A DNA stretch of 64,000 nt from Spirochaetia bacterium (GCA_965225855.1 CBDDCK010000005.1:1696001-1760000), one strand, 5' to 3'; positions 1 to 9,305 are shown, numbered from the stretch's first letter. The notes: generated by a model not told the origin, from the letters alone. A program made the numbers and translations.

Positions 1-231
1 GCATTTGCATTTGAAAATTGCAACCTTGGTAAGTTTTTTAGCAAGGTTGCTTTTGCCTATTATAGAGACTGCCTGCTCATGTTACATCTTATACTGCTTG
101 TATTGGTTGTTGTCTAATTACAATAGAGTGTTTGGCAACAAGGTAAAGAGAACTTCACTAATGGCATCACAACCTGAATGCAAACCATGAAAATCCATAA
201 TCTTTGTCCAACCCCAATTTATATATTCCAG

Positions 232-630
232 TTATATATTCCAGCTTTTACCCACAACCATAGCTTGTTGTAATACTAATTCAATCGCTTCTTTTTGCTC
301 GTCGGGTGGGTATTTGTATTTTTTAAGTAGTCGTTTAATTTTGAGCCTCACTTTAGCCAGTACATTTTCTCGCTTTGTCCAATCTACGGTAACCAATTTG
401 GCAAGATCAGAACGAATCATACGGGCTAACTCAATCAAGACAGGCTCCTGCATATTTTCTACTGCGGATTTGTTTTCGCAAATGGCATTATAAAAAGCCA
501 TCTCTTCGGGTGATAACCCTAAGGTCTGACCCTCTTTTTGTTTTTGGTTTAATTCTTCGGCAATTTTGATAATTTCTTGTATCGCTTGTGCTGTTGTTAA
601 GGAATCGATCCCCATGTCAAGCATGAACAT
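232..630 (-). pseudogene. hsdR: Type I RM restriction subunit C-terminal fragment (DUF3387-like)
   Basis: GLSPEEMAFY...VTVDWTKRENVLAKVRLKIKRLLKKYKYPPD...AIELVLQQA is the typical HsdR C-terminus. It is detached from the N-terminal part at 2148-3100. Confidence 0.85.
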
Positions 631-744
631 GACGAGTTTCCGTCATTGTCGTACTTGATACGACAATCTATATTTTTAATTAAATTTGATAAATATGTTA
701 TTTTACAACCCTCCATAAACGAATAAAGATATATATAATATAGG

Positions 745-1722
745 TTAATTCTCTTGAATATCATAACCTAGCTTTTTTGCATATTTTACAAATTTGTCTA
801 TCCATTCTTTATTCCATTGATTAGAAATGACATAAGTTTTATTACCTATTTTTAGCAATTCACCTTCTTCAATAAAATATCTTGTCTTATCTTTGACTTG
901 TTCAAGCTCAACAAATAATTTTGAACCCTTAATATCATTTGGAAAATCTTTTATTAATTTTTCATAAGATATCTCTTGGGTGTCTTTTATATATCTTAAC
1001 CATACATTACGAACCAGCCCCCTTTTACCAAGGTTAGTTTCTCCATTAAAATTATACCTAGTCTTATCTCTTGTCCCTTTTAATGTTTGTCTTTTTTCTT
1101 CTTTTTGTTCTCTAACCTGCACTTGATAGCTTTCAATATCAGGTAATGGTATGATTTGTCGAACATCAACCAATATCTCATCATTTAATTTATATGGAAC
1201 AAGCTTATGACATTGAATATCTAAATTTCTTTCATTAAGCCACATCACAGAAGTTGTAAGTTCTTTTGAAAAATCACTTGCTACTAATATGATTCTTACA
1301 TTAGAAGCAAAATTTCCAATATCATCATCAATAAAACTTGATAATTCATCTTTAGCATTTAATTCATTTTCAATAGATGATAAATATTCAGAATATATAT
1401 CAACAGCCTTGCTAAATGTTAATGTAGAAATCATTGAAGCGTATCTAATAGCTTGTAAATCCATATGTTCACCTGTTTCAGTTCGTTTAAGTTCTATCAC
1501 AACAATATTTCCAGACTTATCAACACCAAGTAAATCTATTCGTTTTTTACTATCATTCCATTGACAAACTTCTTCAGCAATAATTAATATATCAGATGTG
1601 ATGACACCTATTTGCTTTTTCAAAGCATTTTGAATATGTTGTCTTTCCAAAATGTTTTCCTTTTCAAAACTTGTTTTTTCTATTTCTTCAAAATTATCAT
1701 TATTAAATTTGAAAATTGCCAT
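745..1722 (-). CDS. NucS/EndoMS-like (DUF91) PD-(D/E)XK nuclease with extra C-terminal domain
   Basis: Motif RIDLLGVDKSGNIVVIELKR...QAIRYA. ATG at 1722 follows a GGGAG RBS; the ORF-track extension to 1845 is repeat DNA. Confidence 0.75.
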   Translation of the reverse strand: MAIFKFNNDNFEEIEKTSFEKENILERQHIQNALKKQIGVITSDILIIAEEVCQWNDSKKRIDLLGVDKSGNIVVIELKRTETGEHMDLQAIRYASMISTLTFSKAVDIYSEYLSSIENELNAKDELSSFIDDDIGNFASNVRIILVASDFSKELTTSVMWLNERNLDIQCHKLVPYKLNDEILVDVRQIIPLPDIESYQVQVREQKEEKRQTLKGTRDKTRYNFNGETNLGKRGLVRNVWLRYIKDTQEISYEKLIKDFPNDIKGSKLFVELEQVKDKTRYFIEEGELLKIGNKTYVISNQWNKEWIDKFVKYAKKLGYDIQEN

Positions 1723-1747
1723 TAGATTACTCCCTTTAAAACTTTTT

Positions 1748-2180
1748 AAAACTTTTTGTAGCATTGTATCAACTTTTTTTGAGAAATTAGTTTGTAATTT
1801 ACCCAATTTACCCTTTGGGTAGCAATTTGGGTAGCAATATACCACACTAAAACGACCATTCTATGGCACAAGAGCCGCAAGGTAAAGACCAAAGGGCTTC
1901 AGATAAAAAAAGCCAAAAACATAGCCAAACGATTATTAATGATCGGCTGGTAAAACAAATTTTAGCTAAGGCTAAGGTTAAATTTGAGAACAATACCGAT
2001 AAATAAATACCCCAGCCCCCTCTATCCATAGAATAACCTCGCACCTATTGATAGAATCGACCTAAACCTATTGATAGGATAGCTCCCAACTATATAATAG
2101 AATCGACTCAAATCTATTAATAGGATAGCCTCCCACTTATTAATACCCTAGTCTTTAATGAAATTTTCTACATCGGCAAT
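1748..2180. repeat. 433-bp direct repeat, copy 1 (copy 2 at 4631-5063)
   Basis: Near-identical sequence from aaaactttttgtagc to catcggcaat at a constant offset of 2883 bp. Confidence 0.95.
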
Positions 2181-3100
2181 GACAACAATATTATCGCGTT
2201 GATTTAATGTAGGGAATTTATCTTCGTTATCTTGCAAGGCAAATTTTTGAATGGTTGTTAATAATATACCGCCCGATATGCGGGAATTCAAAAATTCACG
2301 CAAGCCATTTCGGCTGTCGGCTTGTTGAGTATGACCTACTAATTTAATGGCGTTTGCAAAAGTTTGATAGAGTTGGCGATCTAAATATTGACGGTCGGTT
2401 ACAATAATAAATGTGGGATTATTCATTTTGGGTTGTTGGCGCAATTTAGCGACATAAAACACCATAGATATGGATTTGCCCAATCCTTGCGTGTGCCAAA
2501 ATACGCCAGACCTTAGTTATTGAGCCTACACCCGTATATGCACCATCGGATAACACATTGACTAGGTTAAAAGTAAATAAATCATCGATTTGGGATTGGT
2601 AGGTTTGTATTTGATTATAGGCATTTTCCAGCGTGGCGTGTTCATCGGCAGGATTTTTTAGCTCGATGACGACCAAAGGTAAGCCGTTAAGATAGACAAC
2701 CAAATCGGGACGGCGTTTTTCGTATGCCCCTTGTATCGATAGCTGGGCAATCACTTCAAAATCATTATTTGTTGGCTGGTTAAAATCAATCAATTTAATG
2801 ATTGCTGTTTGCTCTTCATTATTGGTAACACGGGTTATTTTTACACTGCCCAAAAGCATTTCGTGCGCGCTGCGGTTACGGGAAAATAAATTGGGATTAT
2901 CGGATAAATCTTGTATCTTTTGGATTACTTCGTCTACTTCAGATGGGCTTGTATTTAGGTTTAAGTCTTGAATTTTTTTGTCTAAGGGTTTCTGTATCAA
3001 TGGCCTTATTGACAACCAAATGATTTGCAGCGGTGATTTTATAATCCAAATTAGCAAACCATTTTTTACATTCCTGTTCTATGGTGTTTTCGTTAATCAT
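2148..3100 (-). pseudogene. hsdR: Type I RM restriction subunit, N-terminal part, multiply disrupted
   Basis: Starts MINENTIEQ (ATG 3100, overlapping the relE stop). Lesions: +1 frameshift in A7 (2973-2979), internal deletion near 2515, Walker A altered to HTQGLGKS, truncation at Walker B (VVIAD). Nuclease motif RRPDLVVYLNGLPLVVIELKN is retained. Confidence 0.9.
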
Positions 3101-3381
3101 TTTTTAATCTTTTTCTTTAAGTTATCATAAAAATTTTGATGTGAGCCAAGGTATAAAAGCGTTAATATGATTTGTGATTCATTAAATTGATAAGCCAATA
3201 AAGTCCATTGATTTTGCATGTTAAATTTATACACTTGTATATCTGCAAGGTCGCCTGTTTTTAATTTGCCAATATTTGGATTTTCCATAATAGCTCTAAT
3301 GGCAATATACAAATCATCTTTTTGATTTTTATGTAGTTTTTTCACAGCTTTTTTAAATGAAGGTAATTCTTTAATTTGCAT
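3097..3381 (-). CDS. RelE/ParE-family type II toxin
   Basis: 94 aa with FKKAVKKL...NPNIGKLKTGDL...LGSHQNFY pattern; coupled to the upstream antitoxin. Confidence 0.85.
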   Translation of the reverse strand: MQIKELPSFKKAVKKLHKNQKDDLYIAIRAIMENPNIGKLKTGDLADIQVYKFNMQNQWTLLAYQFNESQIILTLLYLGSHQNFYDNLKKKIKK

Positions 3382-3599
3382 TATTCAAATTCAAAAGGAG
3401 TTGTTTTTCCTTCTTTTTGTTCTTCTAAAGCCTTTAAAGTACCAATGATAAATTGCACGGGTAAATCGGGATTTTCAAGAGCGACTTTGCCAATTTCTGC
3501 CCAATACTCAATCTGTTTTGCCGTAGTGCGTTGCTCTACTTTAGCGTGAATTTTGGCATCGTTGATAATGCTATCGCTTAATCTAATGGTTTTTGTCAT
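3381..3599 (-). CDS. ParD-like antitoxin
   Basis: 72 aa, RTTAKQIEYWAEIGKVALENPDLP, typical of the ParD-like family; overlaps the toxin start by 1 bp; GGAG RBS. Confidence 0.85.
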   Translation of the reverse strand: MTKTIRLSDSIINDAKIHAKVEQRTTAKQIEYWAEIGKVALENPDLPVQFIIGTLKALEEQKEGKTTPFEFE

Positions 3600-3656
3600 T
3601 GGGTTTCTCCTTTGTTTATATTATTCAGATTATGAATATTTATCACTATCATTGAA

Positions 3657-4544
3657 TCAATCAAAATTAAATTCTTGTTGTCTATCATCAATTTTCTTTT
3701 TTTGACCTTTTTTTGTAATAATAGGTTTCGATGTTTTATCTTCTTTAAATTCAAAAACCTCTTTCACTGAATAACTTTTGCTCACTTCATTTTCAAAGTC
3801 ATCATAAGTAGTTGTGATTTGTAGCTTAGCCTCCATTTTACTTTCACTAGAAAATGTATATTTGCCTTGTATAACATTTTCTTTAAAGTTGTTATCACCC
3901 ATACTAAAATCAATTTTTTCATTTTGATAAATGCCTCTCCATTTATAATTACCCCCTTTTAATACAGGTGAAATAATCTCAATAGACGCATTGTCATCTA
4001 TTTTAATATACTTATTGTCAGTAACTATAAAGTTATCAAAATCCTTTCGTTCTACAATTGTTTCATTTTTATCTTCGGAACCTTGGAAGCCCACTTGGGT
4101 TACTTTTTGGTAACTTTTAAGTTTTTTATAAAATTTTGAAGTTTCCCGCTCTATTTTTTCATCTTGTAGCTTTGCTAAAGTTTCTTGTTTAATTTGAATA
4201 TCTAATTGTTTAATCTCTTCATCTAAGACAAGGTTTTTCAATTTCTGTTTGTCTATATCCCATTTTTCAGTCGTATAATAAAATAATAAATCATTAAGTG
4301 AAGGAGCAAATACCACAAGTGCTGTATAAAATATGACCTCTTTTAAGCCGCCCTCTTGATATGCTTCAGTTTCCAAGATAAGTTCAATATCTAAACTTTT
4401 ACTAACTTTATTAATAATGCTTAATATATTACTTTCAGCTTGATTTCTTACAAAAGCATCCATACTGTGTGAATCATCATTAAAATAATAATGAATTGTA
4501 AATTCTTGTCTTATAAACTGATTTTTATCTGATTTTTCACTCAT
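3657..4544 (-). CDS. Hypothetical protein (RM-island cargo)
   Basis: Intact 295-aa ORF; start overlaps the stop of an HsdS tail; no family recognised. Confidence 0.75.
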   Translation of the reverse strand: MSEKSDKNQFIRQEFTIHYYFNDDSHSMDAFVRNQAESNILSIINKVSKSLDIELILETEAYQEGGLKEVIFYTALVVFAPSLNDLLFYYTTEKWDIDKQKLKNLVLDEEIKQLDIQIKQETLAKLQDEKIERETSKFYKKLKSYQKVTQVGFQGSEDKNETIVERKDFDNFIVTDNKYIKIDDNASIEIISPVLKGGNYKWRGIYQNEKIDFSMGDNNFKENVIQGKYTFSSESKMEAKLQITTTYDDFENEVSKSYSVKEVFEFKEDKTSKPIITKKGQKKKIDDRQQEFNFD

Positions 4545-4680
4545 TGCTTACCCTCACCTTCCCACTAATCAACTTCGGCAAAAGCGTATCCCTAATTTTA
4601 GTTAAAGTTTGGTTTTCTTGTTGATTATTCAAAACTTTTTGTAGCATTGTATCAACTTTTTTTGAGAAATTAGTTTGTAA
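4537..4680 (-). pseudogene. hsdS: Orphan HsdS C-terminal conserved-region fragment
   Basis: NFSKKVDTMLQKVLNNQQENQTLTKIRDTLLPKLISGKVRV, paralogous to the end of the main hsdS. Confidence 0.85.
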
Positions 4681-5063
4681 TTTACCCAATTTACCCTTTG
4701 GGTAGCAATTTGGGTAGCAATATACCACACTAAAACGAGCATTCTATGGCACAAGAGCCGCAAGGTAAAGGCGAAAGGGCTTCAGATAAAAAAAGCCAAA
4801 AACATAGCCAAACGATTATTAATGATCGGCTGGTAAAACAAATTTTAGCTAAGGCTAAGGTTAAATTTGAGAACAATACCGATAAATAAATACCCCAGCC
4901 CCCTCTATCCATAGAATAACCTCGCACCTATTGATAGAATCGACCTAAATCTATTGATAGGATAGCTCCCAACTATATAATAGAATCGACTCAAATCTAT
5001 TGATAGGATAGCCTCCCACTTATTAATACCCTAGTCTTTAATGAAATTTTCTACATCGGCAAT
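4631..5063. repeat. 433-bp direct repeat, copy 2
   Basis: Matches 1748-2180 with few substitutions. Confidence 0.95.
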
Positions 5064-6259
5064 ACGCAGTTTGCCCGATAGTAGTTGTGGCAATAGCGTA
5101 TCCCGTATTTTAGTTAAAGTTTGGTTTTCTAATTTATTTTTCCATATTTGGTGTAATAATCTGAATACATATTTTTCAAATACTTCTGTTAAATTATTAT
5201 TTGGAACTATTGTTGTTTTGCTCATAAATTCGGGCATATGACCTTTATATTCTGTGAATTGAATTGCATCAAGTGATGAATAATGTAGCCAAGTTGTTGC
5301 AACCCCTTTTCCATAATATACAAAAATATTTTGTATCGTAGAAAATGGATAGTATATTAGTCGTCTATAACAGGTATGATTTGCAAATGTAGCAACTGGT
5401 TTATCAAATGAGGCTTCTACTCCTGCCTCATCATTATGATAACCGATTATTCCACTTTTTCCTTGATCTAATACTGGTATATTCCCTTTTTCATTAGATG
5501 TTTTGTTATCATATCTTTTACCTGTTTTTATCTTTTTAATTAAATTTTCAAATTTCTTCACCTCCCAGCCCAAAGGTAAGCCATCATCACCAAAGGTGCT
5601 GGGGAATAGCTCAAGGGTGGCTTCGTCCATATACAAGGCTTTGGCGATTTGGGCTTTGCTGGAATATTCGCCTTTGTTAAATTTGATGAGGCATGTACGG
5701 GGTCGAAATCCACAAACCACGATTGAAATATTGCCTGTGCCATTTGTTCTAAAGTGGCGTTCATTTGGCGGTTGTTTTCGATTTTATCATCAAGTGAAGA
5801 TAAAACTTGATTTAATCTTATTCTCTCTTCTCTATTAGGTATGATAATATTTATCTTTTCAAGATTACCTTTGCTTAGTTTGGGTTGTACAGCACCTGTA
5901 ATATAAGGTGATATATCTAAATTCTTAAAAAAGTATTGCAAATATGTTAAAGCCCCCTCATCTTTTTCACTTAAAATGTGAGCATGATTATTAACCCAAA
6001 ATTTTCCTTTTGCTTTGAAGCATATGGGGGTATTGCGAGTTTTTAGATTTTCACCATCTTCTGATATTAGTAAAAATTCACCATCAAAAATGTATTGATT
6101 TATATAATCAACAATCCCTGAAGCTCCATAATATGGATATTTCCCTTGCATAGTAGAACGCTCAATAGCACTTAATGGAATACGTTTGTGGTTTTCAAAA
6201 ACACAAACCTCCCCCAACCGAACCGTTTGCCAACCTGTGGGCAAAAAATCATTACACAT
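5031..6259 (-). pseudogene. hsdS: Type I RM specificity subunit, frameshifted between its two TRDs
   Basis: LPTGWQTVRLGEV-TRD1-LEQMAQAIFQSWFVDFDPVH in one frame; LFPSTFGDDGLPLGWEV-TRD2-TLTKIRDTLLPQLLSGKLRI in another; break near 5690. Confidence 0.9.
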
Positions 6260-6584
6260 CGTTATCCCCTGTTTTGGTATAAAAAACCACATATCGCTTT
6301 TGGATTTCCTGCTTAAAGCTTTGGGGTATATGCTCCCACGCCACAAGGTCGATAAGGTGCGGCACATTGCATTCGGCGAATAACTGCTTGAGTTGGTATA
6401 TAGGGGCATTTTCACCCAGTATGACGAGGTCTAAATCTGTACCCGCATAAATATCATTGTTGTTGTCCCCGACACGGCTACCATAAGCCCAGACGCTATG
6501 CTGTGGGCAAGTGGATTTGATGATGTCTAAGATAATGACTTTATGCCTATGGGCTAAGTGTAATTTAAGATTGTTCGATAGCAC
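6252..6584 (-). CDS. Minimal nucleotidyltransferase (MNT) antitoxin-like protein
   Basis: VWAYGSRV...TDLDLVI...IDLV motif; probable GTG start at 6584 overlapping the HEPN gene. Confidence 0.8.
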   Translation of the reverse strand: MLSNNLKLHLAHRHKVIILDIIKSTCPQHSVWAYGSRVGDNNNDIYAGTDLDLVILGENAPIYQLKQLFAECNVPHLIDLVAWEHIPQSFKQEIQKRYVVFYTKTGDNDV

Positions 6585-6990
6585 GGGCGAGTACCTTAGC
6601 GTCTTTGATAAATTGCTCCATAAAATGTAGCGTCTCATTGGCAAAATATTCGCCATAATTGTGGGCTGTATCGTTGCGATTATCTCTGTATATAAACCAG
6701 CGTTGTACAAGGTCTTGCTCTAATAAGCCGTGTTGCAAAGCATACTTAAATAGCTCTTTATAAGTGAGTTTATAAACCGCTTGGCTACTGGCGAAATAAG
6801 GCTTTAGCACTTTTCTTAGTAATTTGGCTGATTGCTCTATGGTCATCTCAAAGGCTTTGACGACGGAATTGCGGTAAATATCGTAGGCATTTTCATCAAT
6901 CGATTCGTCTTGTTCTAAAAGCCCATTATAAGATTTTTCTAATGTTGCAATGCAACGGTTTAAAAATACGGTGTTAATGTGATTTGCCAT
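6565..6990 (-). CDS. HEPN / nucleotidyltransferase substrate-binding protein (HI0074-like)
   Basis: RNSVVKAFEMTIE and HEPN R-x4-H motif RNDTAHNY; adjacent to the MNT gene. Confidence 0.85.
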   Translation of the reverse strand: MANHINTVFLNRCIATLEKSYNGLLEQDESIDENAYDIYRNSVVKAFEMTIEQSAKLLRKVLKPYFASSQAVYKLTYKELFKYALQHGLLEQDLVQRWFIYRDNRNDTAHNYGEYFANETLHFMEQFIKDAKVLARAIEQS

Positions 6991-7009
6991 ATTTTCTCAT
7001 TTTTGTAAC

Positions 7010-7151
7010 TTATTTTTTACACTTTGTCTGTTGGATTATGCTTTCTATGGTTTGTATATCCTCCATATCGGATTTTAAGGCATCTTGTTTTTTTCGCTTT
7101 GCGATTTTGGTAGCACTGTATTTCGTTATGGCTTATTAATTCTTTACTCAT
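7010..7151 (-). pseudogene. Remnant of a largely deleted gene (possibly RhuM-like)
   Basis: ATG at 7151 (MSKELISHNE) after a duplicated hsdM tail; another frame ends KRKKQDALKSDMEDIQTIESIIQQTKCKK*. The family call is weak. Confidence 0.3.
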
Positions 7152-7201
7152 CAAAACTTACTCCCACTTTGGCTATTAATTTTTATAAACGATAATATTT
7201 T

Positions 7202-7230
7202 TTGACAAATCAATCAAAATATTGTAAAAT
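7202..7230 (+). promoter_or_regulatory. Near-consensus sigma70 promoter pointing antisense into the NYN gene
   Basis: TTGACA (7202-7207), 17-bp spacer ending in TG, TAAAAT (7225-7230). Confidence 0.65.
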
Positions 7231-7236
7231 CCCCAT

Positions 7237-7300
7237 CGTATTAAGACGAAAAGGGGTTCGAAAAGTGCAAGTGCTTTAGCCACCCTTTTCTTTATTTATG
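7237..7300 (+). ncRNA. Candidate ~60-nt antisense hairpin sRNA
   Basis: Downstream of the promoter; GAAAAGGG (7248-7255) pairs with CCCTTTTC (7283-7290), followed by T-rich sequence; overlaps the last NYN codons. Confidence 0.45.
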
Positions 7301-7794
7301 TTTGTTTTTGCATCACTTAGAAAAGCCCGAAATTGGTTGCCTAATTTTTTGTACAAAGAGGAAGCAAAGTTTTTATTGGGGAATAAAATTTTCTCAAATC
7401 TATTTTTACTTACCAAATAATCTACAACTTTTTTATAATCACCATCACCAGATACCAAAACTATTTTATTAAAGTCTTTTTCGATCAAACTTTTCATCAT
7501 TTCAAAGACCATATCCGTATCTACATTGCCTTTTTTAGGACTATTTGAAATTTTATGGTGTTCTTTAAATAGGATTACAAAACCTGACTCTTGTAATTTA
7601 CTGTATAAATTTTGTTGTTCTTCATCTAAATAGCCTAAAAAATAGTAGGCTATTTTGACCTTGTATTTTTCCTTGAGATAAACTCTAAATTTCGCGTAGT
7701 CTATACGCCAATCTTCCATTTGTGTGCCACGATGTAAGTTTTGCCCATCAACAAACGCTATATTTTCAATGGGTTGTTTTTGCTTACCTGTCAA
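7276..7794 (-). CDS. NYN-domain (LabA/DUF88, PIN-like) nuclease
   Basis: AFVDGQNL...KKGNVDTDMV...VLVSGDGDY acidic catalytic motifs; TTG start overlapping the hsdM end. Confidence 0.9.
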   Translation of the reverse strand: MTGKQKQPIENIAFVDGQNLHRGTQMEDWRIDYAKFRVYLKEKYKVKIAYYFLGYLDEEQQNLYSKLQESGFVILFKEHHKISNSPKKGNVDTDMVFEMMKSLIEKDFNKIVLVSGDGDYKKVVDYLVSKNRFEKILFPNKNFASSLYKKLGNQFRAFLSDAKTNINKEKGG

Positions 7795-9305
7795 AATTGA
7801 CTCCTACTTTGGCTAATTGGTTTTTTATTTCTGTTTGTAAGCGATTGCTTTCATTAAATTGTTGCGCCAAGTTCTGGCTCAGGGTTGTCATTTTCTTCTC
7901 AAAAGGTATGCCATCGTCTTCGGTTGCTTTGACCCCAACATAGCGACCGGGGGTTAAAATATAATCTTTTGCTTTGACTTCGTCTAAGGTAGCGGATTTG
8001 CAAAATCCTGCGGTGTCTTGGTAGTCGTCTAAACCATTTACCCAGTTTTGATAGGTTTTGCCCAAATGTTTAATTTCTGTATCAGTGAAATTTTTCATCA
8101 CGCGGGTTTGCATAAAGCCCATTTCTCTGGCATCTAAGAATAAAATTTCACCTTGGCGTTGTTTATTTTTGGCTAAAAACCAAATGCACACCGGGATTTG
8201 CGTATTGGTAAAAAGTTGTCCGGGTAAGGAGAGCATACACTCTACCAGATCATTTTCAATCATACTTTTACGAATGGCATCTTCGCCCCCTGCCGTGGTA
8301 GACATAGAGCCATTCGCCAGCACAATACCCGCACGACCACTTGCGGAAAGATGGTATAGAATATGTTGCAACCAGGCATAGTTGGCGTTGCCCACAGGCG
8401 GGGTGCCGTGCCTCCAGCGGGAATCATTGGGCAGTTTATCACCGCCCCAATCGGAAATATTAAATGGTGGATTGGCCATAATGTAATCGGCGCGTAAATC
8501 GGGGTGGCAGTCGTTGTGAAAGGTATCGCCTGCCATATTGCCCAAACGATAATCTAGCCCACGAATGGCTAAATTCATATTGGCCAATTTCCAAGTGGTA
8601 GGGTTGGATTCCTGACCATAAATAGAAATATTGCTATGGTCGTTATCGTGATCAGCATCTACAAATTTCATCGTTTGCACAAACATACCGCCCGAACCAC
8701 AGCAAGGGTCATAAATCTTGCCTTTTTGGGGTGCTAGAATTTCTACCAAAATTTTAACTACCGATTGGGCGGTATAATACTGCCCGCCACGTTTACCTTC
8801 ATTTAAAGCAAATTGTCCCAAAAAATATTCATAAATTTCACCTAATAAATCTTTTTTGTCGTTTGCATCGTTACTATGGGTTTCAATTTCGCCCAGCTTA
8901 TTAAACAGCTCGGCCAGGTTTTCATTGGATAAAGGAACATGGGCATAATTTTTATTCAAGATACCCTTTAGTTTTTTATTATCATTTTCAATCGCATGCA
9001 AAGCATCGTCAATGCATTTGCCAACGGGCATTTTGAGGCACCCAGTATACGTTGTCTTTGGCGTAATAATCGCGGTCTTCCAGCTCTTCGATAATTTCAT
9101 CTTCATCAGACGAGTCCAAATAATATTCATGGTTTGGGTCGGTAAATTGTTTTTGTAATTTGGCCCTTTGATGTTCAAAAGCGTCAGATAGGTATTTTAG
9201 GAATAACAAACCTAAAACCACATGTTTATATTCGGCCGCATCCATGGCGTTACGCAATTTGTCCGCCGTTTGCCATAATATTGATTGAAAATCTTTATCA
9301 GCCAT
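7784..9305 (-). pseudogene. hsdM: Type I RM methyltransferase subunit, frameshifted
   Basis: [24 protein letters not shown] in one frame; IYDPCCGSGG and NPPF in another; frameshift near 9020-9030 (ARWQ / GKCIDDA junction). Confidence 0.92.

Noticed and set aside
1847..2044. Small ORFs in repeats (1847-2044, 4730-4927, 9401-9664) as genes
   Set aside because: They run through the palindromic repeat array, lack an RBS or protein motifs, and differ in frame and length between copies.
1748..5063. Classical integron or IS composite transposon
   Set aside because: No integrase or transposase, no attC-like GTTRRRY-bounded hairpins and no terminal inverted repeats; the repeats derive from hsdS ends.
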